DNA from: Amoebophrya sp. A120
Lineage: Eukaryota; Protista; Dinoflagellata
Direction: 5' to 3'
Assembly: GCA_905178155.1 (NCBI GenBank)
Contig: CAJINV010000008.1
Coordinates: forward strand, 4,055,420 to 4,119,419
Length of the DNA stretch: 64,000 bases
Part shown: positions 1 to 12,413 of the stretch, one piece after another
How the letters are laid out: the number at the start of each line of letters is the position of its first letter
How positions within the stretch are numbered: the first letter of the stretch is position 1
Notes under the pieces: model-generated
The model's database searches: none
Seen by the model: only the letters and a program-made list of their open reading frames with translations
What the model was told of the DNA's origin: nothing
Position numbers and translations under genes: made by a program

Positions 1-1846
1 TGGCGCAACGAGGCGCTCGCGCGCGAGGCGATGTATGACCTGCTCAAGCGTTACAATCTCAAACGTTACAATAGCATCTGAGACTTGTCTTGCATGATCA
101 ACATGACAGACTCGGACAGCATTCCACATTCTGCAATACAAATTTCGGCAGATTGTAGTGCGGATTGGGACTCCAGAACTTGTCATGCGCAATCCTGTGG
201 GAGTAGGGTAGATCATGCACTTCTTGCAATACAAATTCCAGATTCTATTGTAACGTGTGAGATTGGAACATCTGACCACGTTATACGATGATGGCCTTCT
301 TTCTCGACGTCTACCGCACGTTCCATTACAAGTATCAACTGCAAAAATGTCTGGGTCTGGAAGGATGGAACTTGTGATGGTAACTTTGGACTCTAAAAAA
401 ATCTGTATTGCATGACCAGCAAGAGGAGTCTAGTTTGTGCTACGCGGGGAGGGCATTTGTCATGCGGAGTAGGCATGATCAGGAAGACCTCTAAAAATCC
501 GCGATGCTCGGTCGTGCATTACAGACATCCTGAGTTATGCAAAGTATGCATGACAAACCCGGCAACATTCCAGACCCAGACATTTTTGCATTTGATAACA
601 AGTATGACCTAGCGAAAGCGCGCGGGAACAAGCAAACCGAAATGCTGCTGGACCTGCAGTATCCCGTGCAAAACAAAGTCTCGTACTTCTAGTCGAACGA
701 TATCAGGCAACATGACAATTATGTTTTTCCACCTGAGGACTCTGCATTTGACAAAATCCAACTTCATCTTTTCGGGAAAACGAACTCAGATCCATGCAAC
801 TTTCTTTTCGGAAAAATTTGTCCTCTTGTGGAGGCAAGGTGTACTTACTACTAGTAGTTGTATGAGACTAGTTTTGCAATGCATAGGCAGCAACAGACGG
901 AGGTGTTGGAAAAGGAGCGCGACACCCTGGTGATAGAGCGGGACCGACTGATCACGGAGAAGCTGCAGCTACTTGAGGACAAGAGACAGCTGCTGAGTGA
1001 GGAAATCCCGATGAAGAACGAGGAGATTGTCGTGTGGAGGAGCAAGCTCCTGCTTGCCCGGAGCTCGCTGCAGTACGCCTGTCTCCAGGCGTGGCGTAAG
1101 CACGCGGTGATCGGCGGGAAGAACCGCGAGATCGCCACGTTGCGGGAGGAGTTAAAGGACTTTAAGAAAGTGCAAAACGAACTGTTTGCGGAGCGCCGGA
1201 CCAGCGACCTGCTGCGTCAAGTGATTGCGGAGAAAACGGACAAGCTCGACGAGATGGAAACCATCGCGGAAAAGGTGCGGGCGCTGGAGCAAAACCTGAA
1301 ACAAACACAGTTTGAGCGGAACGAGTTGCAGTCCCTTCTCGACGCCAAAGTGACCCGGCCGACCATACCGGCACGGTTTTTGTGCATGAAGTGCATGAAC
1401 GACGTGAACGAGATGAAGGAAAAGATGGAGCGAAAGGCACAGAAGCTATGCAGCTGCACAAGAATAACTTTCATTTCCACAACACCAATCGCACTACGCG
1501 CACATCAAAAAATAGGGACCATATATGACAGACTCAGAATGATTCATACTTCACCTACTTATCTTGCTTTTTACCACATCAGATCCATTTGGTAGTGTGG
1601 TCGTCGTGTCATGCACAATTTTTATTGTGTGCGTGCTGCATCTATAACCAACGGTGCGTGGTCAGAAATGAATTTGTACCTGCATAGCACCAGCTGTTGC
1701 AGAAGACGCGAAACCGGCAAAACGCCAGCGAGTTTCTGGTCAACGAGCTGCACATAGTTCCCGACGGAGACTACGTGAAGAAGCTGCTGCGGGGGTCCGG
1801 AGTGAGCGGCGGCAGTGGCGGTGGAGGCGGGATAGGACAGAGATGA
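1..1846 (+). CDS. Hypothetical coiled-coil protein, 5'-partial, 5 exons in window
   Basis: Removing elements 34-285, 333-597, 660-885 and 1447-1686 (each +5 nt) gives a continuous frame WRNEALAREAM|MAFFLDVYRTFHYK|YDLAKARGNKQTEMLLDLQ|QQTEVLEKERD...RKAQK|QLLQKTRN...GIGQR-TGA (1844-1846). E/K/L/Q-rich heptad-like composition. Confidence 0.75.
34..285. mobile_element. Introner-like element (family D-related TIR), TSD CGATG
   Basis: About 47-bp degenerate TIR TATGACCTGCTCAAGCGTTACAATCTCAAACGTTACAATAG; perfect CGATG at 29-33 and 286-290; frame restored. Confidence 0.85.
333..597. mobile_element. Introner family A, TSD ACAAG
   Basis: TATCAACTGCAAAAATGTCTGGGTCTGGAA...TTCCAGACCCAGACATTTTTGCATTTGATA; ACAAG on both sides. 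Confidence 0.92.
660..885. mobile_element. Degenerate introner, TSD TGCAG/GGCAG
   Basis: TATCCCGTGCAAAACAAAGTCTCGTAC versus the reverse complement of GTATGAGACTAGTTTTGCAATGCATA; frame restored. Confidence 0.8.
1447..1686. mobile_element. Degenerate introner, TSD GAAGC/GCACC
   Basis: TATGCAGCTGCACAA...TTGTACCTGCATA ends; frame restored. Confidence 0.7.
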
Positions 1847-2654
1847 CAAATAATAAATGGCGAGAAGGTGTTGACGAGAGAAGACAATGACGGCATGACT
1901 TGATTAAATGGTCGTAAGATCCTGCTTCATCCATCGTGACCTTCGACAAACAAGAAGACTCGTCTCGCTCTTGCAACTACAATGTCTGCACGCTGGCTGG
2001 CGCAATGTTGTACTCAACATTCCATGTGTGGTGTTCCTCCTCCGCCTACCTCCGCCATTTCGTCCCCTTTTGTGAACATCCTTACGGTTGACGGTCGTTT
2101 GTACGTGGAGAAAATGACTTTTTAAACGGTGGACGCGTTGCTGCGTAGTGTAAGTACGTAGAGAATAAAATGACTTTCCAATTCCAAAGATCTAGAGTTA
2201 CTTCAGTTCACTGAGTTTGCGCCGGAAAGAAGGAACCTTGCATGGATCTTGATGTCGCAGCTCGCGTCGCACTCGCTATCGTCGTTCGTCGTGTCTGTAT
2301 CGAAACAAACATCACTGACTAGGTACAACTTTTTAAATCCGGGATGATGAATCAATCGTACTCGTACATACATGAGCTCGACGTGGTCTCGGCAATTCAT
2401 TCCGAGGCGGTCTTGCTATCGTTGTCGTTAAATGTGGTTCTGTCGATTGGATTAAGATCACAGTGACACATATTTGTTGCTCGACGTGCTCTTACTTACA
2501 TACAACTATGACCAGAAGTGTACTTGCGTCGCGCCGCCGTGAAGGCACTCCAATTCGAAAACGCCGACGTAGAGGCGTAAGCACTCGGATGACCAAAACC
2601 AACACTGTGGAAAGTAGTTGAATCAAGCAGATATTCACATTGATAAAAGAAATT

Positions 2655-4139
2655 ATGAAGCTCTCTTCTGCGTTTTCCGCTGCCACGGGTGAGCACGTGA
2701 CCAACGCTAGGTGCAGTTCTTCGCAACTTGAGAACGAGGGGGCGTTCAAGCGCTTGAAGAACATGGCGAGAGGGAGCAGAGAAATTCCTTCACCTCCTTC
2801 GGCGACGGTTTGTCAGGCCGGTGGGCGCAGCGTTAAAAATAGAAACACGTCATTTTGGGGCACTCTCACTTCTCCCAGCGGCAGCTCCTCCTCCTGGTCC
2901 TCCTTCCCCACGGTTTCTACTTCGCCGAGGATTTTCCCAGAAAGCGTGGCTGCGGGGCCGGGCGGCAATCAAATTCAAACCGAAACTGGACTACACATAC
3001 ATTCTACTTCAAAAGATCGCGATTTTTTTCCATTCCTGCCCGACGCGAACGCAAATAAACGCACTGCGAGGAGCGCTACGTCTTTCTACTTTTACGATGA
3101 AGCGGACGTAGTGGCTCTCAACAGCGACAACGAACCCGTCCTCGTGAACCTTATGCCAACATGCAATTGGGAAGGGTGTGTCTGCGTCACTATGATCTTC
3201 GCACACGCAAAAAACGTATCTGTTTTTGCATTTCTGCGCGTCCAGATTAGGATCTATGTCTGCGAGAAGTTCTTCAGAGAAAAAGCACCAGTCACGCCCA
3301 ACAAGCACCTTCTCATGCTGATGCTGAATACGATGCAATAGAACGCAGCCGTGTTGTTGTTAAAATTTGAAGCTATGGATGCTGCATGCAAGCACGATGT
3401 TGGCTTCATATTTGTTTCGTCCTGATGTAGACACTCACACTGCCTTTTATTTTGCGCACCACCATAGATTTCCGCCAGGAGCAAAACCGCGAGTACGTGA
3501 TCGCGACGGGGGCAATCACGGGCCTGCTGGCTGGGACGCTCTTATGGATTGCAAAAATGTCTGGGTCTGGGAGATTCTGACACTTGTCATGCACGTTTTG
3601 CATGAGCCATGACCGACGTCTGTGATGCATGCCGTAGCATCACAGATTTTTCGAGTGGTTCTTGATGCCTATTTCGCATGACAAATGTCCTATCCGCGTA
3701 GCAAAAATTACATTCCCTTTGCCACTCATGCAATACAATTTTTTTTGGAATCCAAATGCAGCATCACAAGTTGCATTCTTCCAGACCCAGACATTTTTGA
3801 ATTTGATAGCTGTATTTCGTCGGCAAAAGTCTGGGGATTATCACGGAAGACGGAATATCCCACAGAAAAAAGCTGGCAGGTCATATTTGTAAATGCAAAA
3901 ATGAATAGACAGAAAGATCTGCCATGCTTGGCCGCATAGCATGCTGCTTCAGATATGCAATGCAGATTTTTTTGTGTATTTATTTTTGCATTACAAATAT
4001 GCCCTGCCAGTTTTTTTCTGTGTGATACGGAAGCACTAGCCGGCCGCGGCGAAGAAGAGGCACATCGACGGCGAAAAAGCGAGCGAAAGACGCGGACAGC
4101 ACGCCTGAAGCAAGTGACCAGGAAGATATGGAGGACTGA
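2655..4139 (+). CDS. Hypothetical protein with one predicted TM helix (start uncertain)
   Basis: Open frame 2655-3151, then spliced EPVLVNL|RQEQNREYVIATGAITGLLAGTL|YFVGKSLGIITEDG|STSRPRRRR...EDMED-TGA (4137-4139). Confidence 0.6.
3152..3466. mobile_element. Degenerate introner, TSD AACCT/GATTT
   Basis: TATG...CATA ends with weak IR (GTGTCTGCGTCA / TGATGTAGACAC); frame restored. Confidence 0.6.
3543..3808. mobile_element. Introner family A, TSD GCTCT/GCTGT
   Basis: Family A TIRs; interior is the reverse complement of the copy at 46256-46517. Confidence 0.92.
3856..4027. mobile_element. Introner (TATC..AGAAAAAA type), TSD CGGAA
   Basis: TATCCCACAGAAAAAAGCTGGCAGG...CCTGCCAGTTTTTTTCTGTGTGATA; perfect TSD. 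Confidence 0.92.
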
Positions 4140-4803
4140 TATTAGCCAAGAAGGCTCGAGCCTGCGTATAATGAGCTTCTTTTATTGTTATTTCGCAAAC
4201 AAAGGTCCGCTGAGAATAGAAGCGAAGGGCCACGAGATCATATGGATGAGCGACTTCCTCTCGGAAAGTAGAGTTAGTACCAAGAATAGCTTTCAGCAAC
4301 GAAGAACAGTAATTGCGGAAAAAGTGCTTGCTTGCAGCTACTCCTCGAGGTTTCCCTGCTTATTTGAAAAATTTCATGAAAAGAAAACTACAGTGTTGAC
4401 TGGCTGTGAGCTAGTTTCGTTCCCAACACGTTCAACCTGATCTGTTCTACAGTGAGCAGCTGAGAGCCGAGATCGAGTGGAAGAGCTAGAACAGGTTCAG
4501 GCTCATTATCATCTTGACAATTATCTAGCAACAACAAATATCTTTGGGAAGGCAGCACAGGCAGTTGCACTAGTTCTAGTGAATGATGAAGTTGTGGAGG
4601 TGATGAATGCACAGGAATGAGGAGCGGATTTTTAGACCAGCTGCTTCACTTCAAGGTCGTGACTTGTAGTTGCGCCGACGTAGATTCTATTTGCGCATAT
4701 TTCTCTGATTTGAGAATGCGCGCTGCACTTCGTGTCGTGCACAGAGAGTGAGTTGTAGATCCGTCTTCTACTAGCCAACGAAAAAATAACGATTGACGAC
4801 AGG

Positions 4804-7800
4804 ATGAGTCGCTCCCTGTCTTCGCCCAAAAACGGAGGCGCGGTATCGTCTTGTTCAAAGCTGCAAACGCTAAAGCTTTTGTCCCAGCAGAAAAATTTCA
4901 CCTACCCGACTGGCGCCCTCCACCTCCCCGCGTGGCTCCGCGTTCTGCTGAGTGCCACGGTCTTCTGCTTTGTGTTGATTCACGCCCAGAGAACGCGGAT
5001 TTTTCGTGGCTCCGTGGAGAAGGACAAAAAAAGGGCCGCGGAACGTGAAAGGCAGCTGCTCGAGATTAAGGAAAAAGAGGACCAGGAGCTGCAAGCCAGT
5101 ACATCGAAAACTGATCACAAAGTGGAAGATGATCAACATCATGCGAGTGCTCACGACGCAGCAGGATCTCCTGCTGCTCCGGCCACGACGTCCTCCTCCG
5201 CACAAGAGCTTTCTTCCGCACCCGGAGGGACGACCACTGCTGTTGTCGCGGGGCCCCCGCCCGAGTCTGCGATCCGGGTCTTGCCGCCCGTGGAAGAGGG
5301 GGACGTCGTGATGAAAGAATCCTCAAAGGAGAAGGACGCAGACTCTTCTGGAGATGACAAAAACTCCAACGCGCCGCCTCCTGCGACCCTCGATGCCGCA
5401 GACGCATCTTCAGCGAGCAGTACTATGGAAGCGTAAAAGCGACGACCATGGATGATCCACTTTGCTATCAGTTGGCAGATCTTCGTGAAAATGGATGGAG
5501 GAGAAGTAAATTCACCCTACAACGCAAACATGCCGCAGATGACATCTTCAGGCTTAGGAAGCTCTTCATGCGACGCTGCTCTTGATGTTGTATGCATTAT
5601 ACTTTTCGCTGTAATTTGTCAATCATGCGCCAGCTGCAATGAATTTGTTGCGTGGACATGAGATTTTATGGCGGACTTGGACGTTTTGTGGCGTGGTCTC
5701 CGCGAGAAGCTAATGCAAGAAGCACAGCTGATACAAGTACGTGAGACATCGGGTTATGATTTTTCGCTTTTATAGAGAGCAGCAACGGAAATGACCGCGC
5801 CGGAGAGACAGACACCGCGACACCGTCGGCTCCGCTGGTTCCGACTGCCAAGAACGACAGAGTATCTTCACCACCTGCGGGAGATGCAGACCTCTCTTCT
5901 GGCGCGGGGGCCACGAAGGCGGGCGACAATGCAGCCCAAGACTCCAAAAAAGAACCCGTCAACGACGGTGAAGACCTGCTGGACGATGCCAGCAAAAAAC
6001 TCGACGAGGCGACGGAGCACCTGGACCAAGCGGGCCAGAAGATCACGAGCTTTTTTTACTCACTCTTCGGCAACAGCGAGGAAGAGAAGAACAAAGCTGC
6101 GTCGTCGCAAAGCAAGACGAACCCCCTCACCAGCAGTGCGGATCCGCGGGACCTGACGGCCTTCATGGAGTACGCCACGGTGTCGCAGGACGCTCGGCCG
6201 CCGAACTTCGCGATCCGCATCGACAACCTGCCGGTGGCGGAAATTACCGTGGCGAAGACGCTGTTGCAGGAGACGCTTTGCCCGCTCGCGCTCGAGTCCC
6301 GCGGGGTGATGGAAATTATGAGCACCGCCGCCACGAGCCCAACGGAAGCGCTCGCGCAGGTCGCAGACGGCGGAGACAAAAAGTGCGACGTCGTGCGGGT
6401 AGAGGACAGCAAGGAAATTCATTCCTCCGCATCTCTGTCTCGTCAACCACGACACCTGGTAACGCTATACTTCAAGCTGTCCCCGAATAATCTCAACAAG
6501 CCCTGGTATCCAGAAATAAAGACCCATCTTCCCCATCCAGTTCCAATTTGTCACTCTTGCAGCCAGGCACAACATGCATAAAATTCTTTTCTGCGTGCCG
6601 TGTCTGTCATGCAAAAAAAAGGATGGGGAAGATGTTGCGTGTTTTTTCCTGGATACCTGGCCCGACGAGGTGATTATGACTCAGCTGAACACGAAACTTC
6701 GGCTCTTAACCAGCGTGGAAATGCGCACGAACGAGGGCGATTGGTGGGAAATGCCGCCAAATGTTCCGGCGGTCGTGGTACAGCCGTCGTCGACGGGGGC
6801 CGCGGCGGGAGTATGCATTGCAAAAGGTCATCCAGTTGTCCCGTCGTCGTTCTAAACCACGTGCTAGAAGAAGGAAATAAGCCTCCTCCCGAGCTGCAAA
6901 TTTCGTCTGAGAAGATCTGTTTTGCTCTAGGTCTAGATGAAAGTCTTGCTTCTGTCCTTCCAATGAAAAAATATCCAATTTCGGTTTGTATGTAAGTACA
7001 TTTGTTTGACATGAGATGAAACGGTATCGATTAGTTACAACCGCAGTGCACTTTTGCAAAGGAAAAGAGGCGGACGGTGCCAGCACTTCGCCGAAAGATC
7101 TGGTCGAGAAATCCAACGAGGCCCTGACCAACGCGATCCGAGCGCTAGACGCGAAGGTGCGCGGCGGAAAGAGCGACGGCGGCGGTACTGATGCAGCGGA
7201 CGAGGACGAGCTAGTTGCAATGCAAAGTCCCGCCATCACGTTGGCGGCCTTCAACAGCCTCCGCGAGGGCGACTGCGTTTTGACGCGCAAGCAGCATTTG
7301 TACTACGTGCTCGCCAGTCCTTTTGTGCAGGGCAGCAACGGGGTGTCCAGTCGGAATCAGCTCCTGCCGGTCCGCTGCGTGAACGTGGACATGGCGAACA
7401 AAAACGGTTACGGTTTCTGCGCCGACCGGCAACCCAACGACCTCCGGTTCGACCCGAACAGCGCGGTCCCGGAGAAGTTTCCGCTACACGCGCGCTGGAA
7501 GCAAAACGGCAAAGAGGAGAAGGACCTCGAGGGGATCGCGACAGGATCGCGTCGTCTTACAGATGAACGCGCGCAAGAACGACGACCAGAAACAGAACTA
7601 CAATCCCGACCAGCAATGAAGCAGAAGAACACGAACAGTCCTGTCGTTGCCATTTGGAACATGTTCCGCCCAATCCAGCTTCGGCGAGAAATGATTCTGA
7701 AAAAAGCTGGCTGCGAAACCAACCTCCGAATGGACGCAAACGCCGCAGGTCGTGGTGGGATGAAAAGCACCAGTTCATCCTCTGCGTCATTTGCCCAGCT

Positions 7801-8213
7801 GGAAGACGGCTATAACAGTGCACAACTCCCCCTCCCCCTCATTTGTGATGCAAAATCCCAACCACGTCCAAGCGCAAGCTTTGCCTCTTGGCACTGTTTG
7901 CATGACAAGTTGGTTCTGGCAGTACAATCCTGTGAAAATTTGTCATGCAAAAGCTGCACTCTTGCAGGCCCTTCTACTGCTGTTCATGCAATACAAATGA
8001 GGGGGAGGGGGAGTTGTGCAGTCTCATAACGGCGAGCACTCGTCTACGAAGAGCTCGACACAGCAGGACGACGACCTGTGGCAGCAAACGGACCCCGGCG
8101 GCCTCGTTTACCAAGCCGCGGTGCTGGTCGGCGATTTCGGCCAGAAGATGGCGGAAGTCGGGAACAAGGTTGCTGAACAAATTCTCGACAATTTTGACAT
8201 TTACAGCACCTAG
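4804..8213 (+). CDS. Hypothetical low-complexity protein with N-terminal hydrophobic segment, about 4 exons
   Basis: Exons approximately 4804-5423, 5780-6408, 7062-7810 and 8034-8213 with coding-like codon use; ends ...FDIYST-TAG. No family recognised. Confidence 0.55.
5424..5774. mobile_element. Highly decayed introner (TSD no longer recognisable)
   Basis: TATGGAAGCGTAAAA...TTTTCGCTTTTATA short IR; removal plus 5 nt keeps frame. Confidence 0.5.
7811..8028. mobile_element. Introner family C, TSD ACGGC
   Basis: TATAACAGTGCACAACTCCCCCTCCCCCTCATTTGT...ACAAATGAGGGGGAGGGGGAGTTGTGCAGTCTCATA; homologous to 28398-28620. Confidence 0.93.
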
Positions 8214-9553
8214 CTTTCTCCTCGACGGAAACAGGAGTAGAATTTGACTTCCACCGCAAAGGGCGGCCGCGGAAGTTCAGTACGTACACTTACATGATTG
8301 GTCCACTTGGCAGAAAGTTAGGTGGTCAATAACCATGGGCGGGGTTTAGCTGGTTCTGTGCTCCTACGCCGTAAAATAAAGCTACCACAAGAACACGATC
8401 GGAACCAGATAGACATAGAGCCACCGCGGTGATAGCGACGTTTTTCCATCACTATTTTGAACTCTTCCTATTAAGAAAATGAAAAAGTGCGAAATTCAAT
8501 AGAGGATGGTGAAACGGACTCAGATGTGCACCGTGAAACGGGCTCAGAGTTCCTTTTTCCCCGTCCCGTAGTGGCAAGAATTTATTTTTGGACCGCATCA
8601 TTTTCACCAACTACAAGAAGCAGACGCTGAGGCTGAAGAGAAGAGAGCGCAAATCAAAGTGTTTTCTGAAAAGAAAGCGTGTCCTCCATCGGACGAATCA
8701 CAGCGATCGACGAAATCAATGATCCAAATTTTTGCCGAAGCCACACCGACACCACGACAGGCCGTGTCGACAAAACAATCGGTATAAAACAGATTCATAG
8801 ATGTGGCTGCAATGAGAGCAGGAGCAGCATTGCAAACGCTCCCTGTCCCTGCTAGTAAGAAGTAATAAAGAAGGATCTACTTCACTTCTCATGCTCCTTC
8901 ATCTCATGTGACAATGGAAAAAAGTCGGAAACAAGTAGTGTGTGAGATCACCTTCAACATGCTCATGCAACGTTTTTATGACCATTTTCATTTTGACGAA
9001 TTCGGTGAAATGTGGTCGGTGCCAAGTAGGATCAAAAAACAGAAATCAACGTCAAAATAATGGTGATTGCGGCGGCTCGAAGAGCTGCGTGTGCAGATCT
9101 TCACGACCGTATGATCTAAAGAGTATTTACCCGCCCACAGTGCCCATCAATTTTCCTCGCGAAGTTAAAACGATATAACCACATCAACCCTAGATTTCCC
9201 CTAAAGCGCCGTTATAGTTTTATTTACTCGCAGCTTGTAGTACCAGCAGCTTGTCCCTGTCAGATTTTGTTATAACCACGATCAACTACCACGTCATCGT
9301 GGTGCACATATAATCTTTTTCTTGTATGAAGGAGCGCGCAATTCGTGCAAATTTGTATTCTTAAGATTTCATGTCTTTACCCACTGCGTCCACCACTGGA
9401 AAAATAGAGTTTTCCCTTCGAAGTATCAAACGCCAAATCCCTGCTAGTAGAAACATCCTACAACTCTTTCGAGCCGTAGTGTTGATTTTCTTGCGATCTT
9501 TACCGCTTTATTTCACTGCGGATTGCTTTTCAATACCCTCTTCAAACTCCTCA

Positions 9554-11211
9554 ATGACAATGGCCAACAGCACAGCTACGTCCTCTCTCGCCGTGGGGGC
9601 CGCGGCCGCGAGTACAACTTCTAAAAAGCTGTACGATGTCGCGGTGGTGGGTGGCGGCCTTGCGGGATTGACCGCCAGCTACCGCATCCTTCAACAGCGA
9701 CCGGAGGCGAAGATCTTGCTGCTTGAGGCGAATAGTAAGAACCTCGGCGGGCGGGTACTTTCCTCCACCACCCTGGGGAACGTCGACCTCGGCCCCGCCT
9801 GGTTTTGGCCCAGGGACCAGCCCTTCATGCGGAACATGGTCCGCGAACTGAAGCTGAACCCCGTGGAGCAAGCAGATGCGTTCTCGGGCGAAATGCGCCT
9901 CCGAGGGGGCATCGGAGCTATCGTGGAAAAATTGAAAGAAAGCCTGCATCTTCTCGGAGGGAATAAAGTGGCCGCTAGTGGAGAAACGACTTCTAATCCC
10001 GCCGGTGGTGCGCAGATGAAAGCACAAGTAGAGGCTGATCTTCCAGTAGATGTGAAACTGGGGGAGAAACTGGTCAAGATGGAAAAAGCATCTTCTACTT
10101 CTGTTGACGGTGAAGGTACAAGCACTAGCACGAAGATCGTACGTCTACACACAACGGCGACGACGCCGATGCTGACCTCCAATGTTGACCAACAAGCAAA
10201 CAATCGGAGCTACGAGGCCAAGCAAGTGATCCTGGCCGTGCCGCCGAAGATTGCGATGCGCGACGTGAAAATGACGGCGCAGGACTTCCCGTACCTCCTG
10301 GGCAACCCGAAGTTGGTAAACGAGATGAAAAGCCAACCCGTCTGGATGGCGGGCATGGGGAAGCTTGTCCTGTTTTACGACACGCGCTGGTGGAACGCGG
10401 CCCGGGCCAACCAGACGCCCATGGGTCCGATGCGAAGCAAGTACGGCGCGTTTCAGATTTATGACGCGGGAGAAGTCCAGGCTGACGCAGCAGTTGAAGG
10501 CGACAGGTACTACAGGATGAACTTGAATTATATTTATATTACAAAACACTTTATTTCTAGTACCGGAAATATTGAACCAACTGTCTGAGGATCTTCATAC
10601 AACTTCTAGTATAATTGAAAAAATTCTAATTCAACAGCTCGGCGAAGCGAAAACTGTACGCCTTAGCCTTCTTCGTCGGCGGGGAGCAGGGAGGTCAAGA
10701 AATTACGACAGACATGATGGCTGCCAAGGTCGTGGAGCAGCTGCAGGTCGGTGCTGCCAGCCGCGGAGGTCGTGGTCCTTTTGGTGGTTCCCTCCGGATG
10801 AACCAGATGATGAGCTTCGGGTCCTCGTCTGACGACGATTCTCACGCCCAGGCAACGACTTCCACCATCGCAAACTATGCGCACGCGGAATTCAAGTTTT
10901 GGGCCACTGAGCCGGCCATCAACCCGGACTTTGACGCAATGTCTGCGGGAGGTGTCGGTCGGGGAATGATCTACCCCGCACACCCGCACCCCATTAGAGG
11001 CTTGAACGACGAGGTGATGGTGAAAAATAAGTCTTCTTCGTCTTCTGCAGTAGATCATCTTCGACGAGTCTGGTTTGGCAACAGCGAGGCCGCGGAAGAA
11101 TGGTCGGGCATGCTCGAAGGGGCCGTGCGAGCCGCCGAACGGGCTGCGGATCTGGTAGTGAACGCGCTGGAAGCGGAAGAGGAGGCCGTCGGTCAAAATC
11201 TGGAGCTTTAA
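9554..11211 (+). CDS. Flavin-dependent amine oxidase (monoamine oxidase-like), one GT-AG intron 10507-10637
   Basis: Rossmann YDVAVVGGGLAGLTA, LLEA...LGGRV, DLGPAWFWP, GGIGAIV, C-terminal FGNSEA..WSGMLEGAVRAAERAA. The intron joins EGDS|SAKRKLYALAFFVGG. Confidence 0.88.
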
Positions 11212-12413
11212 TCATAGAAGTACTAGCCCTCCTACTACATGATAATTAAAGCTGATCTTCACTCATATCTAGGGGATGAAGCCTCTCGTCTCTGTATCTT
11301 ATTTTGTATGATAACAAACCTCATCCTGATATATGATTATCCGCATTGTTCCTTGTGGTCCATTGAAAAGTAGCATAATGTCGTCGCTACAACATGCGGA
11401 CACAGGAAACACAAGAGTAATAGCGTACCACACGGGATATATACGAAAAACCTCATTACTTTATTTTAGTCTTGAGCCACGAATGAACATCACGCTGGTC
11501 CACCCGTACAATGCTATACGCGCTGAGAAATTTCAAATCTGCACGCCTCTTGCTCGTGTCGGATTGTACGATTAAAATTTGCTTTCGAAATTCGTATTTT
11601 TCCAAAAGAATTATTTTTGCGGTAGACGGTGACATGACGTACGACGATTTCTACACGATGATGAAATCCGTCTTCGTATAACCCGTATGCGTTGACCTTG
11701 ACCATGACCTTATTTACTAATTTTTATTTAACCATGACCCGCATGTGTTAATTTTTATTTAAAGCACGTCCACCCCCGTCCGAGTGCACGTCTACTACCT
11801 ACGTTGCGATCTTTTCCGGAATTACTAGCGCTGCGGTACACCTTACTACACTAGTATGACGACCATCAGATCATCATCTTCGTGTGATGTTCATGTTGTT
11901 GACCAGTTGTGCTAGCACAAAAACCTAAAACCATTCAGGAATTTTACCACTTCTGAAAAAACTGCACTGCAAATCCAAATCCAGTGGGCACCGCCAGTTC
12001 AGGTCCCTTTGCGCCGGATATCTCTTCTTCAGTAGATCCTTGTTGTGTCGGGGGCTTTTGTCTTCTTGTTGCCGTGTTGAAAGAGATCGATGGGTGTTGT
12101 CTCCTCGGCCAGCCCGCAATAGTTCTTCTATCTGCTCATAGTGACAGTGGAGGACGAGGCCGATCCGGAGAAGTTAGTACAACAAGCATTTTCACCTTGG
12201 TGCTGCTTGATCATCTCACTCACAGGATCCAGAAACGAACAAGATCAAGATCCGCCGATCAACAAGCAGCATTTCCATAGTTTTTGGTTTTTCGTGACCC
12301 GTGCTTGTTTTTTTTCTGTTTCCTTGTCGATGGTCAAAGTAGCCACAAGTCGTGTCATCTGCGACTCCCGTCAACAAGACGAATTCTCCTCATCGTAATC
12401 GTCGAACTTTTCA

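Noticed and set aside
62-290. Apparent frameshift or TGA-containing exon in gene 1 with a shorter element 67-252
   Set aside because: The TIR extends outward to 34-285 with a perfect CGATG TSD, which restores the frame without any shift.
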